A stretch of 64,000 bases of DNA from an uncultured Chitinophagaceae bacterium (GTDB lineage: Bacteria > Bacteroidota > Bacteroidia > Chitinophagales > Chitinophagaceae), in assembly GCA_963760045.1 (NCBI GenBank), contig CAVXBN010000022.1:136682-200681 (forward strand). Direction: 5' to 3'. A program made the position numbers and the translations under genes. Shown here one piece after another: positions 1 through 12,252 of the stretch (position 1 is its first letter; every line of letters begins with the position of its first letter). Below the pieces are notes generated by a model. That model did not search any database, was not told the origin of the DNA, and saw only the letters and a program-made list of their open reading frames with translations.

Positions 1-877
1 GTAAAAAATACGGCATCCAAAACCAATAATTCCATTCACCATTTCGCATCCCTCTCCTATCTGTGTCTGCCCTTCCGCGCCCGAATTGATGGTGAGGTTT
101 TTCAGTTTGTTGGCACCTTTTATATACGCATCCTCACCTATCCATACATCTTTAATGATACTGCTGTTTTTTATTACACTGCGGTCGCCCACTTTTCCAT
201 AATAGCCACGTGTAGACGTGAAGTCCTGCGCGGTAAATTGGGCAAAGCGTTGCAGTAACAATTCATCTTCGCGGTGCTTGCTCCACAGCCAGGCATCGCC
301 TGCCTGCATACCATTAAATGGCATCACACTGCGGTTGCCATTTTCGTTGGCAAGTCTCAAGCCAGATGCGTACACCCTCAGGCTCTCCGTCTTTTACGAT
401 GCCGTTACCAAACTTTGCATGATTGGTGGTTACCAGTTCATCTACATTGGTAATGATCACTTCACTGCCAATGATATAATGAGAAAGGTAATGAACGTTT
501 TCAATCGCTACATTGTCGCCGAAGTCACAACTGATAATGGTGGAATTATACAAGCCCACTGCCAGTTTGAGATCACTAAAAGCCAATACCAGCTGTTCCA
601 GTTTTCCAATGCGCACCAATCCATAAAACTTACAGTTTTTCACCAGTTCAGGATTGAAAGCATCAGATACAAGCAGTTGGTTCCAGTTGTCGCTCGTGTT
701 GCGGTTACGCACCAGTGCTTCTATTTCGTAAGCAGTTAGCTGGCGGTATTGTATACCATTGCGGTTTTGCCGGTTGCGGAGGTAATATTCACTTTCGCCT
801 TCCGGCAAATGCTGCGCATCGATAAAGCCATACCCCAGCGCCTGAATCTTTGTTTTTACAATATTATTTTTCGACAT
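1..877 (-). CDS. DUF4954 family protein (frameshift near 355; runs off window start)
   Basis: ORF 314..877 (YEIEALVRNRNTSDNW, GLYNSTIISCDFGDN, NHAKFGNG). After ...RIWLE the frame shifts and continues LANENGNRSVMPFNGMQAGDAWLWSK...IKGANKLKNLTINS...GEGCEMVNGIIGFGCRIFY to position 1. Confidence 0.75.
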
Positions 878-1081
878 TATTCAGCAAATTGACCTTCGGG
901 AAAAGAGTGGATACGGATTTGTTCATTCATCTCTTTTTACAAAGGGAGATACAAAATAAGATACAAAAATGAGAGCGGTGGCAATTTAAAAACAGTCATG
1001 CAGAAATGGAAGTTCCAAACATCCGGCAGACTATAAAATCAAGTTTTGTTGGCAGGCAAAAAGAGAACATGGTTCAAACAG

Positions 1082-1109
1082 AAAACCGGCAAGTTGTTGC
1101 CGGTTTTTT
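1082..1109. terminator. Intrinsic terminator-like hairpin downstream of the DHS-like gene
   Basis: AAAACCGGCAA-GTTG-TTGCCGGTTTTTT: perfect stem with A/T tails on both sides. Confidence 0.7.
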
Positions 1110-1218
1110 ATTATTATAAGCTGTTTATGCATCGGTAAAGCCAAGCATGTTTTATGGAATTATCTACAAATGAAACGTAAATATTTCCAAACAAATTCTA
1201 CAACCGATTCGTCCAATG

Positions 1219-2193
1219 CTACCATCCAAGCAGGTAAGCAAAAATGAGCGGCGCTACAATGGTTGCATCGCTTTCAATGATGTATTTGGGTGTGTGGATA
1301 TCCAGTTTACCCCAAGTAATTTTTTCGTTGGGCACCGCGCCACTATACGATCCATATGAGGTAGTGCTGTCGCTGATCTGGCAGAAATAACTCCAGAATG
1401 GTATTTCATGCATTTCGAGATCCTGGTACATCATCGGCACTACGCAAATGGGGAAGTCGCCAGCAATACCACCACCAATCTGGAAAAATCCAACACCTTT
1501 ACCTGTGCTGTTTTCCTGGTACCAGTTGCTCAGGTACATCATGTATTCAATACCGCTTTTCATGGTGCTTGCCTGCAGCTCGCCTTTGATGCAATACGAT
1601 GCGAAAATGTTACCCATTGTGCTGTCTTCCCAGCCCGGTACAATGATAGGCAGGTTCTTTTCGGCGGCAGCAATCATCCAGCTATGTTCCACCGGTATCT
1701 CGTAGTTTTCACTCATTACGCCGCTAAGCAAAAGCTTGTACATATACTCGTGTGGAAAATAACGTTTGCCACTGTCCTGCGCATCTTTCCAGATTTTGTG
1801 TATATGCTGCTGAATGCGGCGAAATGCTTCTTCTTCCGGTATGCAGGTGTCCGTAACACGGTTGTATCCATTTTCAAGCAAATCCCACTCTTCCTGCGGG
1901 CTCAGATCGCGGTAATTGGGCACCCGCTTGTAAGAGTTGTGTGCTACGAGGTTCATGATGTCTTCTTCGAGGTTGGCGCCGGTGCAACTGATAATGTCCA
2001 CCTTTCCCTGCCGGATCATTTCAGCGAGGGAAATGCCCAGTTCAGCGGTGCTCATGGCGCCTGCAAGCGTGATCATCATTTTCCCACCTTCCAGCAGATG
2101 CTGTTCATATCCTTTGGCTGCGTCTACCAATGCTGCCGCATTAAAATGGCGGTAATGGTGTTGTATAAACTGCGAAACAGGTCCTTTATTCAT
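1219..2193 (-). CDS. Deoxyhypusine synthase-like protein (probable homospermidine biosynthesis)
   Basis: Motifs LAGAMSTAELG, CTGANLEED, NRVTD, QIGGG, SYSGA.PNEKITWGK (Lys in WGK retained). Confidence 0.9.
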   Translation of the reverse strand: MNKGPVSQFIQHHYRHFNAAALVDAAKGYEQHLLEGGKMMITLAGAMSTAELGISLAEMIRQGKVDIISCTGANLEEDIMNLVAHNSYKRVPNYRDLSPQEEWDLLENGYNRVTDTCIPEEEAFRRIQQHIHKIWKDAQDSGKRYFPHEYMYKLLLSGVMSENYEIPVEHSWMIAAAEKNLPIIVPGWEDSTMGNIFASYCIKGELQASTMKSGIEYMMYLSNWYQENSTGKGVGFFQIGGGIAGDFPICVVPMMYQDLEMHEIPFWSYFCQISDSTTSYGSYSGAVPNEKITWGKLDIHTPKYIIESDATIVAPLIFAYLLGW

Positions 2194-2211
2194 AGCTCAG
2201 TTTTAAAGGCG

Positions 2212-2219
2212 CAAAAGTA
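2212..2219 (-). promoter_or_regulatory. Bacteroidota -7 promoter element (TAnnTTTG)
   Basis: Minus strand reads TACTTTTG about 19 nt upstream of the ATG at 2193. Confidence 0.5.
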
Positions 2220-2265
2220 GCGGTTAATGCAGCATTTCAGCCTTTTTTTCTTCCGATGATAATAC

Positions 2266-2298
2266 AAAAAACAGCCTTCCTACAATGAGCAAGGCTGT
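2266..2298 (-). terminator. Intrinsic terminator
   Basis: ACAGCCTT...AAGGCTGT stem with an A-run on the plus strand (U-tail on minus), just after the stop at 2322. Confidence 0.55.
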
Positions 2299-2321
2299 GC
2301 GTTATATAAATGCGGAGATGG

Positions 2322-2783
2322 TTATTGCGGTTCAAATTCGCTTAGCGAACCCAATTCATCAGATTTAAGTATTTGTTCCTTGCTGCCTTTTTGCAACTGT
2401 ACATAGTAGCTGCTGTTACCATCCGCATCTATGTATTCTATAGCAGATTTCAGGGTAAATTTGCTATACTTTGAGTCAATGGTTTTGATGGCTTCTTTAG
2501 GCAAATCTTCCTTGAATATTTCTTTCGTTACGCATAGCAGGCTGTTCGATCCATCATAAAACACGGATGTTTTCACGCCATCCAGAATAAAACAGGCTGA
2601 GGTAAACTGAGGCGTACTTTTCCAGGTAACGTTGGTAACGTTTTTAAACTGGTTTTGAAATTGCTGCATGATGCGTTTGTTTACATCTACGGGATTAGCA
2701 AAAGCACTAAATGCACTGGCGATCATCAATAATGTGGCAAAGCCTGAGGCTTTGGCGAAGCGGCTGAAAAATGCTGTTTTCAT
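2322..2783 (-). CDS. Secreted hypothetical protein (PepSY-like/BLIP-like, Bacteroidota)
   Basis: Signal peptide ending SAFA; F..QF.NVTNVTW, FYD....L, LP..A...I..KY and YYVQL pattern. Confidence 0.6.
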   Translation of the reverse strand: MKTAFFSRFAKASGFATLLMIASAFSAFANPVDVNKRIMQQFQNQFKNVTNVTWKSTPQFTSACFILDGVKTSVFYDGSNSLLCVTKEIFKEDLPKEAIKTIDSKYSKFTLKSAIEYIDADGNSSYYVQLQKGSKEQILKSDELGSLSEFEPQ

Positions 2784-3155
2784 AAATAAGGTTTTAGATT
2801 ATTAGAATATTTGTTTTTGTTTGACGATGTAAAAGTATCCTGCCGGGCAGCCGATTTCAAGTGAATTATGACCATGTTCAACGCTCCGGCCTGGCATTGT
2901 GATGAATGGCAAGGCATGTATCAGGAAGCTTCCGACAAAATGCGCTCAAACACAAGCTGCGTTTGGTTTTCAGCTTGTTCTTCGTAAAATATTAATGAAA
3001 TCCCAAAACCGTGATGAAGTCAGCAGCCCCATTTCTCATGATGGATAAGTGGTAGCTTTACCGATAGCTTAGCTGGTATTGGTTGGTAAAAGAGAATTTT
3101 TTATTACATCTATGCCTCTTTCTATTACTGTATTGGCGAAAAGGAGCAATCGATT

Positions 3156-3752
3156 ATGAATTACCTGGCACACGCCTATTTATCATTTGGCGATCCTCAC
3201 CTTCTGGCGGGAAATATGATCAGCGATTTTGTAAAGGGCAAACAAAAATTTACTTACAGCACGAAGGTGCAGCAGGGAATCATGCTGCACAGGATGATAG
3301 ATACCTTTACCGATTGCCATGAAGCTACCTACGCAGCAAAACGCTATTTTAAACCTGCCGTTGGTGCCTATTCAGGTGCATTTGCAGATGTGATGTATGA
3401 CCACTTTTTAGCTCTCGACAAAACCTTGCACAGTTTGCCCGAACTGAAATCCTTTGCAGCGCATTCCTACAGCCTGCTCGATGGATTTGCGGACATTATG
3501 CCCGAAAAATTTGCCCGTATGTTTCCTTTTATGAAAATGCAGGACTGGCTCTATCATTACAGTACGCTAAATGGCATTCAAAACAGTTTTGCCGGGTTGG
3601 CAAAAAGGGCTGTTTATCTCAACAACAGTATTGCAGCGTATGAAGCTTTTATCGAACATTATGACCAACTAAGAGAATGTTATACCGCCTTTTTCCCCGA
3701 TGTACAGGCATATACTTTGAAGCAAATCAGCTTGCTGAACGAGAGTAACTAA
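3156..3752 (+). CDS. acpH: Acyl carrier protein phosphodiesterase (DUF479)
   Basis: MNYLAHAYLS, GNMISDFVKG, GIMLHRMIDTFTD.H, D..YDHFLA motifs. Confidence 0.9.
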   Translation: MNYLAHAYLSFGDPHLLAGNMISDFVKGKQKFTYSTKVQQGIMLHRMIDTFTDCHEATYAAKRYFKPAVGAYSGAFADVMYDHFLALDKTLHSLPELKSFAAHSYSLLDGFADIMPEKFARMFPFMKMQDWLYHYSTLNGIQNSFAGLAKRAVYLNNSIAAYEAFIEHYDQLRECYTAFFPDVQAYTLKQISLLNESN

Positions 3753-3789
3753 CACAGCACACCTCACTGCTACTTACTACCTTCGCAGC

Positions 3790-5667
3790 ATGTGTGGCAT
3801 AGCAGGCATTATTTCACCTCATTCTTCTCTTGTCGAACAGCATCGTCTGCAACTGATGGCTGACAGCCTTCGTCATCGCGGACCGCAAAGCGAAGGCTTC
3901 TGGACCAATGAAGAGCGAACCGTAGGCTTTGCTCACCGCCGCTTACCTGTCATCGATCTCAGCAAAAATGCGCAACAGCCTTTTTGCTACCTGCATTACT
4001 CGCTGGTGTTTAATGGGGAAATCTACAACTACGTCGAACTGAAAAAAGAACTCGCCACTCACGGGTACCGGTTTTCTACTGCCTCAGATACCGAAGTGAT
4101 ACCCGCTGCCTACGACAAGTGGGGCGAAGAATGCCTGCAGCATTTCGACGGTATGTTTGCCTTTGCATTATATGACAATCTTCATCAGTCCGTCTTTATA
4201 GCGCGCGACAGATTTGGCGAGAAACCGTTATACTATTATCCATATTATGCCGAACGTGGCAGGTTTCAGCAGGTAGTATTTGCCAGCGAAATAAAAGCTT
4301 TGTTTGCAGTAGGCGCACCGCGCAAGCTTAACGGCACCATGATGCTCAACTACCTTGCGCTTGGCTATGTGCAAAATCCCATAAAGAAAACAGCAACCTT
4401 TTACAGTGATATTCTGAACCTTCCGCCAGGTCACTGTTTGCAACTGGCACCTGCTGCAGGTAAAATAAAGCTGCGCAAATGGTATAAGCCTGCGCTCAAT
4501 AGTATTTCCATTTCTGAAAACGATGCGGTTGAACGGTTTGCCGAACTGTTTTCATCATCGGTGGCAATGCGGCTGCGAAGCGATGTGGCAATAGGAACAA
4601 GCCTTAGCGGCGGGCTCGACAGCAGCAGTATTGTAGCCGCCATACATCAGTTGACCAATAAAGGCAGTCAATGGAAACATGTAGCTTTTACGGCAGGCTT
4701 TCCCGGCTTTTACCGCGACGAAACCGCGCAAAGCAAAGTGGTTGCCGATCACTTTGGCATTACCCAACACATCATTCAACCCACCGCCGACGACTGGTCA
4801 CATCACTGGCAGCAACTGATGTATCAGCAGGACGAACCGGTGCAAAGCAGCAGCGTGCTGACACAGTACCTTGTGTATGCGATGGCAAAAGAACAAGGCA
4901 TTACGGTATTGCTAGACGGGCAGGGTGCCGATGAAATACTGGGTGGCTATAAAAAATATGTTCACTGGTTTTTGCAACAGCAACTCACCGGCAATTATGG
5001 AGGCTTCAGGCGCGAAATGGCTTTATTTAAAAAGAATGATTTTTTGCAGCAGTGGAACTGGAAAAATTACGTGGCTTCCTACTACCCTGCCCGCGCGGCA
5101 CAACGCTTACAGCAGAATGCATTTGCCGCTGTGAAAAACCAGCCTCATCTCAACCAGGAATTTGTGAACAGGTACCAAAATGAAGACAGCCTGAACAAAC
5201 CGGTGATCAGGCAACTCGAAGATTTGTTACACTACAATACGTTTACCTTTGGACTGGAAGAGCTGTTGCGGTATGCCGACCGGAATTCTATGGCTCATTC
5301 ACGCGAAATCAGGTTGCCGTTTTTACAACATCAGCTAGTGGAGTTCCTGTTTTCATTGCCCGCAACAATGAAGATGCGTGATGGCTTTACGAAGTGGATA
5401 CTGCGCAAGTGCATGAGCGGCACACTTCCCGACAGCATTGCATGGCACACGGGGAAAATAGGATATGAACCACCGCAACAAGAGTGGATGCAACATGCAG
5501 CCATACAGGAGATGATCATGGACAGCAGAAGAACGCTGGTGAAGGAAAAAGTATTACACGAATCGGTGCTCACCAAAAAAACAGAAGCGAAAGGTGCACA
5601 TGAAGGAGACAATTTCGACTTTCGGTATATGAGTGCGGCTGCTATGCTAAACAGCACCAACCTGTAG
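3790..5667 (+). CDS. asnB: Asparagine synthase (glutamine-hydrolysing) family amidotransferase
   Basis: N-terminal MCGIAG, HRGP, FNGEIYN, RDRFGEKPLYY, SLSGGLDSS, GQGADE, DRNSMAHSREIRLPFL. Confidence 0.92.
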   Translation: MCGIAGIISPHSSLVEQHRLQLMADSLRHRGPQSEGFWTNEERTVGFAHRRLPVIDLSKNAQQPFCYLHYSLVFNGEIYNYVELKKELATHGYRFSTASDTEVIPAAYDKWGEECLQHFDGMFAFALYDNLHQSVFIARDRFGEKPLYYYPYYAERGRFQQVVFASEIKALFAVGAPRKLNGTMMLNYLALGYVQNPIKKTATFYSDILNLPPGHCLQLAPAAGKIKLRKWYKPALNSISISENDAVERFAELFSSSVAMRLRSDVAIGTSLSGGLDSSSIVAAIHQLTNKGSQWKHVAFTAGFPGFYRDETAQSKVVADHFGITQHIIQPTADDWSHHWQQLMYQQDEPVQSSSVLTQYLVYAMAKEQGITVLLDGQGADEILGGYKKYVHWFLQQQLTGNYGGFRREMALFKKNDFLQQWNWKNYVASYYPARAAQRLQQNAFAAVKNQPHLNQEFVNRYQNEDSLNKPVIRQLEDLLHYNTFTFGLEELLRYADRNSMAHSREIRLPFLQHQLVEFLFSLPATMKMRDGFTKWILRKCMSGTLPDSIAWHTGKIGYEPPQQEWMQHAAIQEMIMDSRRTLVKEKVLHESVLTKKTEAKGAHEGDNFDFRYMSAAAMLNSTNL

Positions 5668-5767
5668 TGAACATTCAAAATTTACTTCTAAAAATAATGC
5701 TCGGTTTGAAATACATTCAACATTTACAAACAGCAGACAATATTACGTTTACCCATATAAAGATGAT

Positions 5768-6920
<1,153 letters not shown>

Positions 6921-7052
6921 TAATTAAATGGCTACAAATGAAAGCGGCATCATTTTACACGCTGTAACGGCTTCAATTTTTTTCATAAAGAGAAAATAAA
7001 AGCTATACAAGATGCGAAATGATGCTGCCCTATTTTTCATACGGTTGTATTA

Positions 7053-7169
7053 TCAGCAATAACCCAACGCCCAGTAAATAGCCACAAATAAAAGGATGGT
7101 TCCCAGGCAGCCGCCGCCCCAGCGGTAAGCACCATAACCTGCTAATAAGGTACGAAACAAGTCGCGCAT
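7053..7169 (-). CDS. Small membrane protein, 38 aa (not in ORF track)
   Basis: Translated by hand: MRDLFRTLLAGYGAYRWGGGCLGTILLFVAIYWALGYC*. A-rich upstream (AAAACTACACT-ATG), one hydrophobic helix. Confidence 0.6.
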   Translation of the reverse strand: MRDLFRTLLAGYGAYRWGGGCLGTILLFVAIYWALGYC

Positions 7170-7339
7170 AGTGTAGTTTTATGAGTAAGTAAATATATAG
7201 TAGTCAATGTATAGCAAACATTAAGCTAAAAATCTTTCCGCAATATAGCAATTTATAGAAAGGAATAACTTTTTGAAAAAACGTAGCCCGTTGAACAATT
7301 ATTTTTGATCTTTCTTTCGAATATCATCGCACAAAAACT

Positions 7340-8464
7340 TCACACAGCTGGCTTCTTTTCCTCGGCATCCGCGATGATTTCACCTTTCGTCTCCGGCTTG
7401 TCTTCTTTTTCATCGCCCAGCAACATGCCCCATGGTTTCAAAGTTTCAATACGGTCGAAAATGATTTTTGCAATCGCAATGACCGGGATGGAAAGAAACA
7501 TACCCGAAATTCCCCACATCATTTCACCAGCAATCACACCCAATACGGTAATAAGTGCATTGATGCGCACTTTGGAACCAACAATCAATGGCAGCAGCAC
7601 ATTGCTGTCTACAAGGTGAACAATGATGTAAATGATAATTACCATCAAAACTTTCGTTGTTCCGGCTCCGGTGGCAAACGTAATGAACGTACTGAGCACA
7701 AGAGATGTGAAAATACCAATGTAAGGAATGAGATTAAAGATGCCGGTGATCAAACCCAGCAAGACAGCATATTTAATTCCAATGATGAGAAACAGGACGC
7801 AGCAAACGGCAGCTACAATCAGCATTTCGAGCAAAAGTCCAAGTATGTATTTCCTTACAATATACTGCACCTGCTCCGTAATATCGTATACCGTTACAGA
7901 ATGTTCTTCCTTAAACACAGCAATCAAAAATTTTAGGATAAGCCGCCTGTAGAACAGCAGGAAAAATGTGTAAATCATGGTAAATACGATAAATAAAAGA
8001 ATAGACGACAGCGATGCAACAGTTGCGCCAATCACGGCAGAACTTGAACTCAGCACTTCCGATGTGGCTTTGTTCACATACGTCATCTGCTCTCTCATAT
8101 TGATGTTGAGCTTTTGATCTACCCAATGTTGCAGGTTGTTGATGGTAAGGTTAATTTGCTCCTGGAATTGCGGCCAGTCTTTAGCAAGGTTGCTGATTTG
8201 AGAACCCAAAAAGTAGAACAACAAACATTCGCAGGCACAAGCAGTATGACAGACAATCCAGCCGAAACGCCGGCAGGCAACCTCATTCTTTCGCTCAAAA
8301 AAAGAAACAAGAGGCAATAAAGCAATTGAAAAAAGAAGCGAAAACAACAGGGGCGAGAGCACTTCTTTCGCAAGAATGGCGATGTAGCAAAGTGAGATAA
8401 GGCTAAACAATGCAAGCGCCAGTTTTACATAGAAAGGTAAAGCTTTCGATAAGGATGGTGACAT
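7340..8464 (-). CDS. AI-2E family transporter (PerM/YhhT), with a short compensated frameshift near 8225-8285
   Basis: Multi-TM protein with FNLIPYIG and WGISGMFLSIP. The stretch NEVACRRFGWIVCHTACAC is off-frame; the alternative frame reads RMRLPAGVSAGLSVILL. Confidence 0.88.
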   Translation of the reverse strand: MSPSLSKALPFYVKLALALFSLISLCYIAILAKEVLSPLLFSLLFSIALLPLVSFFERKNEVACRRFGWIVCHTACACECLLFYFLGSQISNLAKDWPQFQEQINLTINNLQHWVDQKLNINMREQMTYVNKATSEVLSSSSAVIGATVASLSSILLFIVFTMIYTFFLLFYRRLILKFLIAVFKEEHSVTVYDITEQVQYIVRKYILGLLLEMLIVAAVCCVLFLIIGIKYAVLLGLITGIFNLIPYIGIFTSLVLSTFITFATGAGTTKVLMVIIIYIIVHLVDSNVLLPLIVGSKVRINALITVLGVIAGEMMWGISGMFLSIPVIAIAKIIFDRIETLKPWGMLLGDEKEDKPETKGEIIADAEEKKPAV

Positions 8465-8681
8465 GCGGTTAGTGTAAATATGAAGGAATGTAAATTACTG
8501 AATCTGATAGCGGATGCAGGCTTGCGATGTTCAATTTTGAAACCACATTTTCACTGCAGTTACGTGGCATTTACAACAGCGATTAACCTGATACTAACCT
8601 AATACCATTAAACTTTTCAAAGTCAACTTTCTGCAGCGGAGGTAACAATTATTAAACTTTATGATAAATGTATGCAATACT

Positions 8682-9605
8682 TTACCGCATATAAGTTTTC
8701 AAAAAGCGAAACAAACCTGACCTGATTTCTTCTGAATCGAACATAACGCCATAATGAGGTGCGTCTTTCACAATCGTCAGTTCGTTTTTTACGCCTGCAA
8801 GTTCAGCCAGGAACTCAGGATAACAGATTGCGTGTAAGGAACCGACATGTCTTTTTCACCCTGGACAATAAAGAACGGCGGATCATTTTTGTCGATATAC
8901 GTTACGGGGCTTGCCTTTTTAGCGAGGTCAGGACGTTCCGCGGCAAAGCGCCCAGCAGCAGGGCGATGGGATGATCTTTATTATACACTGAGGTATCGGT
9001 ACCCGACATCAGCGGCAATAAATCGGAAGGTCCGTAAAAGTCCATTACACAAGTAATATGAAAAGACGGTGCAGCTCCGGGAGGATAAAAATCTTTTACC
9101 ATGTTGTTGCCTGACAATGCTACTAAAGAAGCCAGGTGACCGCCAGCCGAAAAACCGATCAGCGCTATTTTGGTCCTGTCGATATTGTATTCAGCAGCGT
9201 GCTGGTACAGGTATTCAATGGCTTGGTTGCAATCCTGTATCTGCGCCGGGAACACAGCTTCGGTACTGTACCGGTAATCAATGGAAGCCATTGCATAGCC
9301 ACTGTCTATAAATCCTTTTACGGTATTTGCCATATAATTCATATCGCTGTACTTGCTGTTCATGCATCCATGCTCCACCATGAATAAACACAACTAGCGG
9401 CAATTTTGCACTGGGCATGCTGAGGAAGGTATACATCCATCAGGTGTCTTTGCAAAGTGTCTCCGGCATACGATACGTTTTCAAACACCTTTGTGCCTTC
9501 GGGAAACAATTCTTTTACAGGCGAAGACACCTGCGCACGGGCAGATGAGAAAATACAGCAGAATGTCAATAAGAGAAAAATTGAAAATGGCGTGGTTGTT
9601 TTCAT
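8682..9605 (-). CDS. Secreted alpha/beta hydrolase (BD-FAE/lipase-like), frameshifted
   Basis: Signal peptide, MDVYLP, IDYRYS...FPAQIQDC, nucleophile GFSAGG, DFYGP. The C-terminal fragment reads ASPVTYIDKNDPPFFIVQGEKD...APHYG...LKTYMR*. Confidence 0.8.
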
Positions 9606-9728
9606 GGAAAAGCGTTACTGAGGAAGGACAAGTGATAAAATAAAAATTGCCTGCATCGCCGGGCATCTGCTTATAAAGTTTTGCAAATAATGCAGAGCAA
9701 CAACTGGGAGTTCAGAAAATCCACACAT

Positions 9729-10473
9729 TTACAGCACCAGGTCGGGATACTGCATTTCCAGTGATTCAAGTGTTTCCAGCAGCGTACTAGCTACTATATG
9801 TTCTTTATACCAGTTCTGGTCGGCAGGTACAATTGTCCAAGGTATTTTGTTGCAATGTTTGAAAACATCTTCATACATGTCGACATACTGATCGCGCACG
9901 GCAACTTCCTTAAAATCATTTACATTAAATTTCCAGTGCTTGTGAGGTTTGTCCATCCTGTCCTGCAATCGTTCTTCCTGTTCTTCTTTCGATACATGAA
10001 GATAAAATTTCAGGACGTGCGTATAATTATCTCTCTGCAACAATTGTTCGAAAGCATTGATACTTTCCATCCGCAACCTGGCTGTTTCATCACTACACCA
10101 TCCATGAACGCGCGTTACCAGCACAGAATCGTACTGCGACCGGTTGAACACCTGTATCATTCCTTTTCCCGGCGTATGGCTGTGCACACGCCATAAAAAA
10201 TCGTGTGCTGCTTCTTCTTCCGTCGGCACATCAAACGAATGAACTTTCAATCCACGCGGATTGATGCGACTGAATACTTTGCGCAGCACACCATCTTTTC
10301 CGCTTGCATCCATTCCCTGCAGAATCACGAGCACCGAATGACTTGTTGCCGGCAAACAAAAGGTTTTGTTGTTCCACCAGTTTGTCGATAATCGCTTCGG
10401 TCTTTCGCTTGGTTTCTTTCTTTTTCCAACCGTCTGGTGCACGGGTGCTTATTTTTTCAAGTTTTATACTCAT
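9729..10473 (-). CDS. ppk2: Polyphosphate kinase 2 family, frameshift near 10345
   Basis: Start MSIKLEKISTRAP at 10473; Walker A-like QGMDASGKDG, HDFLWR, FNRSQY, PWTIVPADQNWY. Confidence 0.88.
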
Positions 10474-10538
10474 GATAAGCAGTACTGCTAAAAGAACGCC
10501 ATGATTCAACAGCGGGCACAGGAAAACATGCAGGTTTC

Positions 10539-11468
10539 CTAAGCGGTCATCACTTTTTGAAGCAACGCTTTGGTTTTACGGATACCTTCTTCTTCACTGA
10601 TTTCGCTGCCTTCATATTCAATACCAATGATGCCTTTGAAACCTGATTTGCGGATAATGTCCATCATCTTCGTATAGTCGGTTTCTATACAATTTCCCTG
10701 TGCATCAAAATCATAGGTTTTCGCGCTGATACCTTTGGCAAATGGAACAATTTCTGTAACGCCTTTGTAACGGTCATACATTTCTTCACATTCCTTCCAG
10801 TCTTTGCTGCGTTTTATGCAAAAGTTGCCAAGATCGGGCAGCGTGCCTATATTTTTGTTGTCAGCACGCTTCATCAAAGCAGCCATCCATTCGCCGTTGG
10901 AGGTTATGCCGCCATGATTTTCCACGATGATATGAATGCCTTGTTTCTCTGCGTAATCAGATAGTTTGTTTAAGCCTTCAGCACCGGCTTTCTGTACTTC
11001 TTCCGGTGTTCCTTCGCCCTGGGCGTTCACCCTGATGGTGGCGCAACCAAGATATTTCGCAGCGTCTACCCATTTGTAATGGTTTTCCACGGCAGCATTG
11101 CGTTTGGCAGCATCGGGTTCTGCCAGCGGACCTTCGCCGTCAATCATAATCAAATGATTTTTTACACCATTGTCATTACAGCGTTTCAACAGTTCGTTCA
11201 GATAAGTAGTATCTTTTGCTTTGTCTTTAAAAAACTGGCTTACATATTCCACGATGCTGATGTCAAAATCCTTTTTTGCCATTTCAGGAAAATCAAGATT
11301 GGTCATTTTGTTGGCAAAAAGTGCTTTGTGCAATGACCATTCTGCAAGTGAAATGTCATAAGATGCCTTTGTGGATGATAATTGATTGGCCCATACCTGG
11401 TTGGCAATACCAAATCCTGCAGCCAAAGTAGCTGCCTGTTGTAAAAACCGCCTGCGCGAAGTAAACAT
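10539..11468 (-). CDS. Tat-exported sugar phosphate isomerase/epimerase (xylose-isomerase-like TIM barrel)
   Basis: Start MFTSRRRFLQQAATLAAG (twin-arginine signal); SLAEWSLH, VENHGG, LPDLGNF, GIEYEG. Confidence 0.85.
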   Translation of the reverse strand: MFTSRRRFLQQAATLAAGFGIANQVWANQLSSTKASYDISLAEWSLHKALFANKMTNLDFPEMAKKDFDISIVEYVSQFFKDKAKDTTYLNELLKRCNDNGVKNHLIMIDGEGPLAEPDAAKRNAAVENHYKWVDAAKYLGCATIRVNAQGEGTPEEVQKAGAEGLNKLSDYAEKQGIHIIVENHGGITSNGEWMAALMKRADNKNIGTLPDLGNFCIKRSKDWKECEEMYDRYKGVTEIVPFAKGISAKTYDFDAQGNCIETDYTKMMDIIRKSGFKGIIGIEYEGSEISEEEGIRKTKALLQKVMTA

Positions 11469-11758
11469 GTTGTATTTTTTTGGTAAGAAATCGTGTATTC
11501 TATAGAAGGTGAAAATACTGATTTTACCCGTAACAAAACTCACCGCTTTACAGACACGAACAGAGACCTGATCGTGTTGGTTACAATGGTTATTACCAAG
11601 GCAAAGAGGATTACAATAAAATGATTGCCGACGCATTGTTATGTAGAGCAGCCTTACAGCTTTGTCGCTATCCGGCTGAGGAACGTTTTATCGTTATTCT
11701 ACGATAAAGAGAAGCAATAAAGCACAGAAAGAAATCAAATGAAGTATGTACTCTTCGA

Positions 11759-12037
11759 TTAAGGTGTTTCAATAATGTGCGTGTCTACATCTTTTACGCC
11801 TTTAATCTTTTTCACCCGTTCTACTATCCGGGCAGAACAACTATCGCCGCTGCATTCTCCGGTAATCGTGGCGACACCTTTGTCTACCGTAGCGTGAAGG
11901 GCAGCGCCGGCATGGTCTTTTGCAAATTCATCGTTTATATCCTGCTGAATATCTTCATCAGTTGCATTTGACTGGCAGGCAGAAAGAGCACACAGCAAAG
12001 CAATAAAAACGGGAAAACTACTTCTCAGGTATTTCAT
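11759..12037 (-). CDS. BON-domain lipoprotein
   Basis: Lipobox LSAC; D..IQ..I, V.KGVATITG, VKKIKGVKDV. Confidence 0.75.
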   Translation of the reverse strand: MKYLRSSFPVFIALLCALSACQSNATDEDIQQDINDEFAKDHAGAALHATVDKGVATITGECSGDSCSARIVERVKKIKGVKDVDTHIIETP

Positions 12038-12252
12038 AATGTATATAGATTCAATGCGTTAATCAAGCAAAAGCCTTACCCTTTTTAATGTCCGTAGTTT
12101 GTACGGTTTCGAAGAGGCTTACAAACAGTGCAGAAAGCCAGTCAAAAAAAGTTTTACGAAATTGAAAAATAAGCAAATCGGCTGATTCTTTACCTTATTT
12201 TGCACACTCTATTTAATGCTTGTATCCTCATTTTAATTTCTAACCTCCTGCT

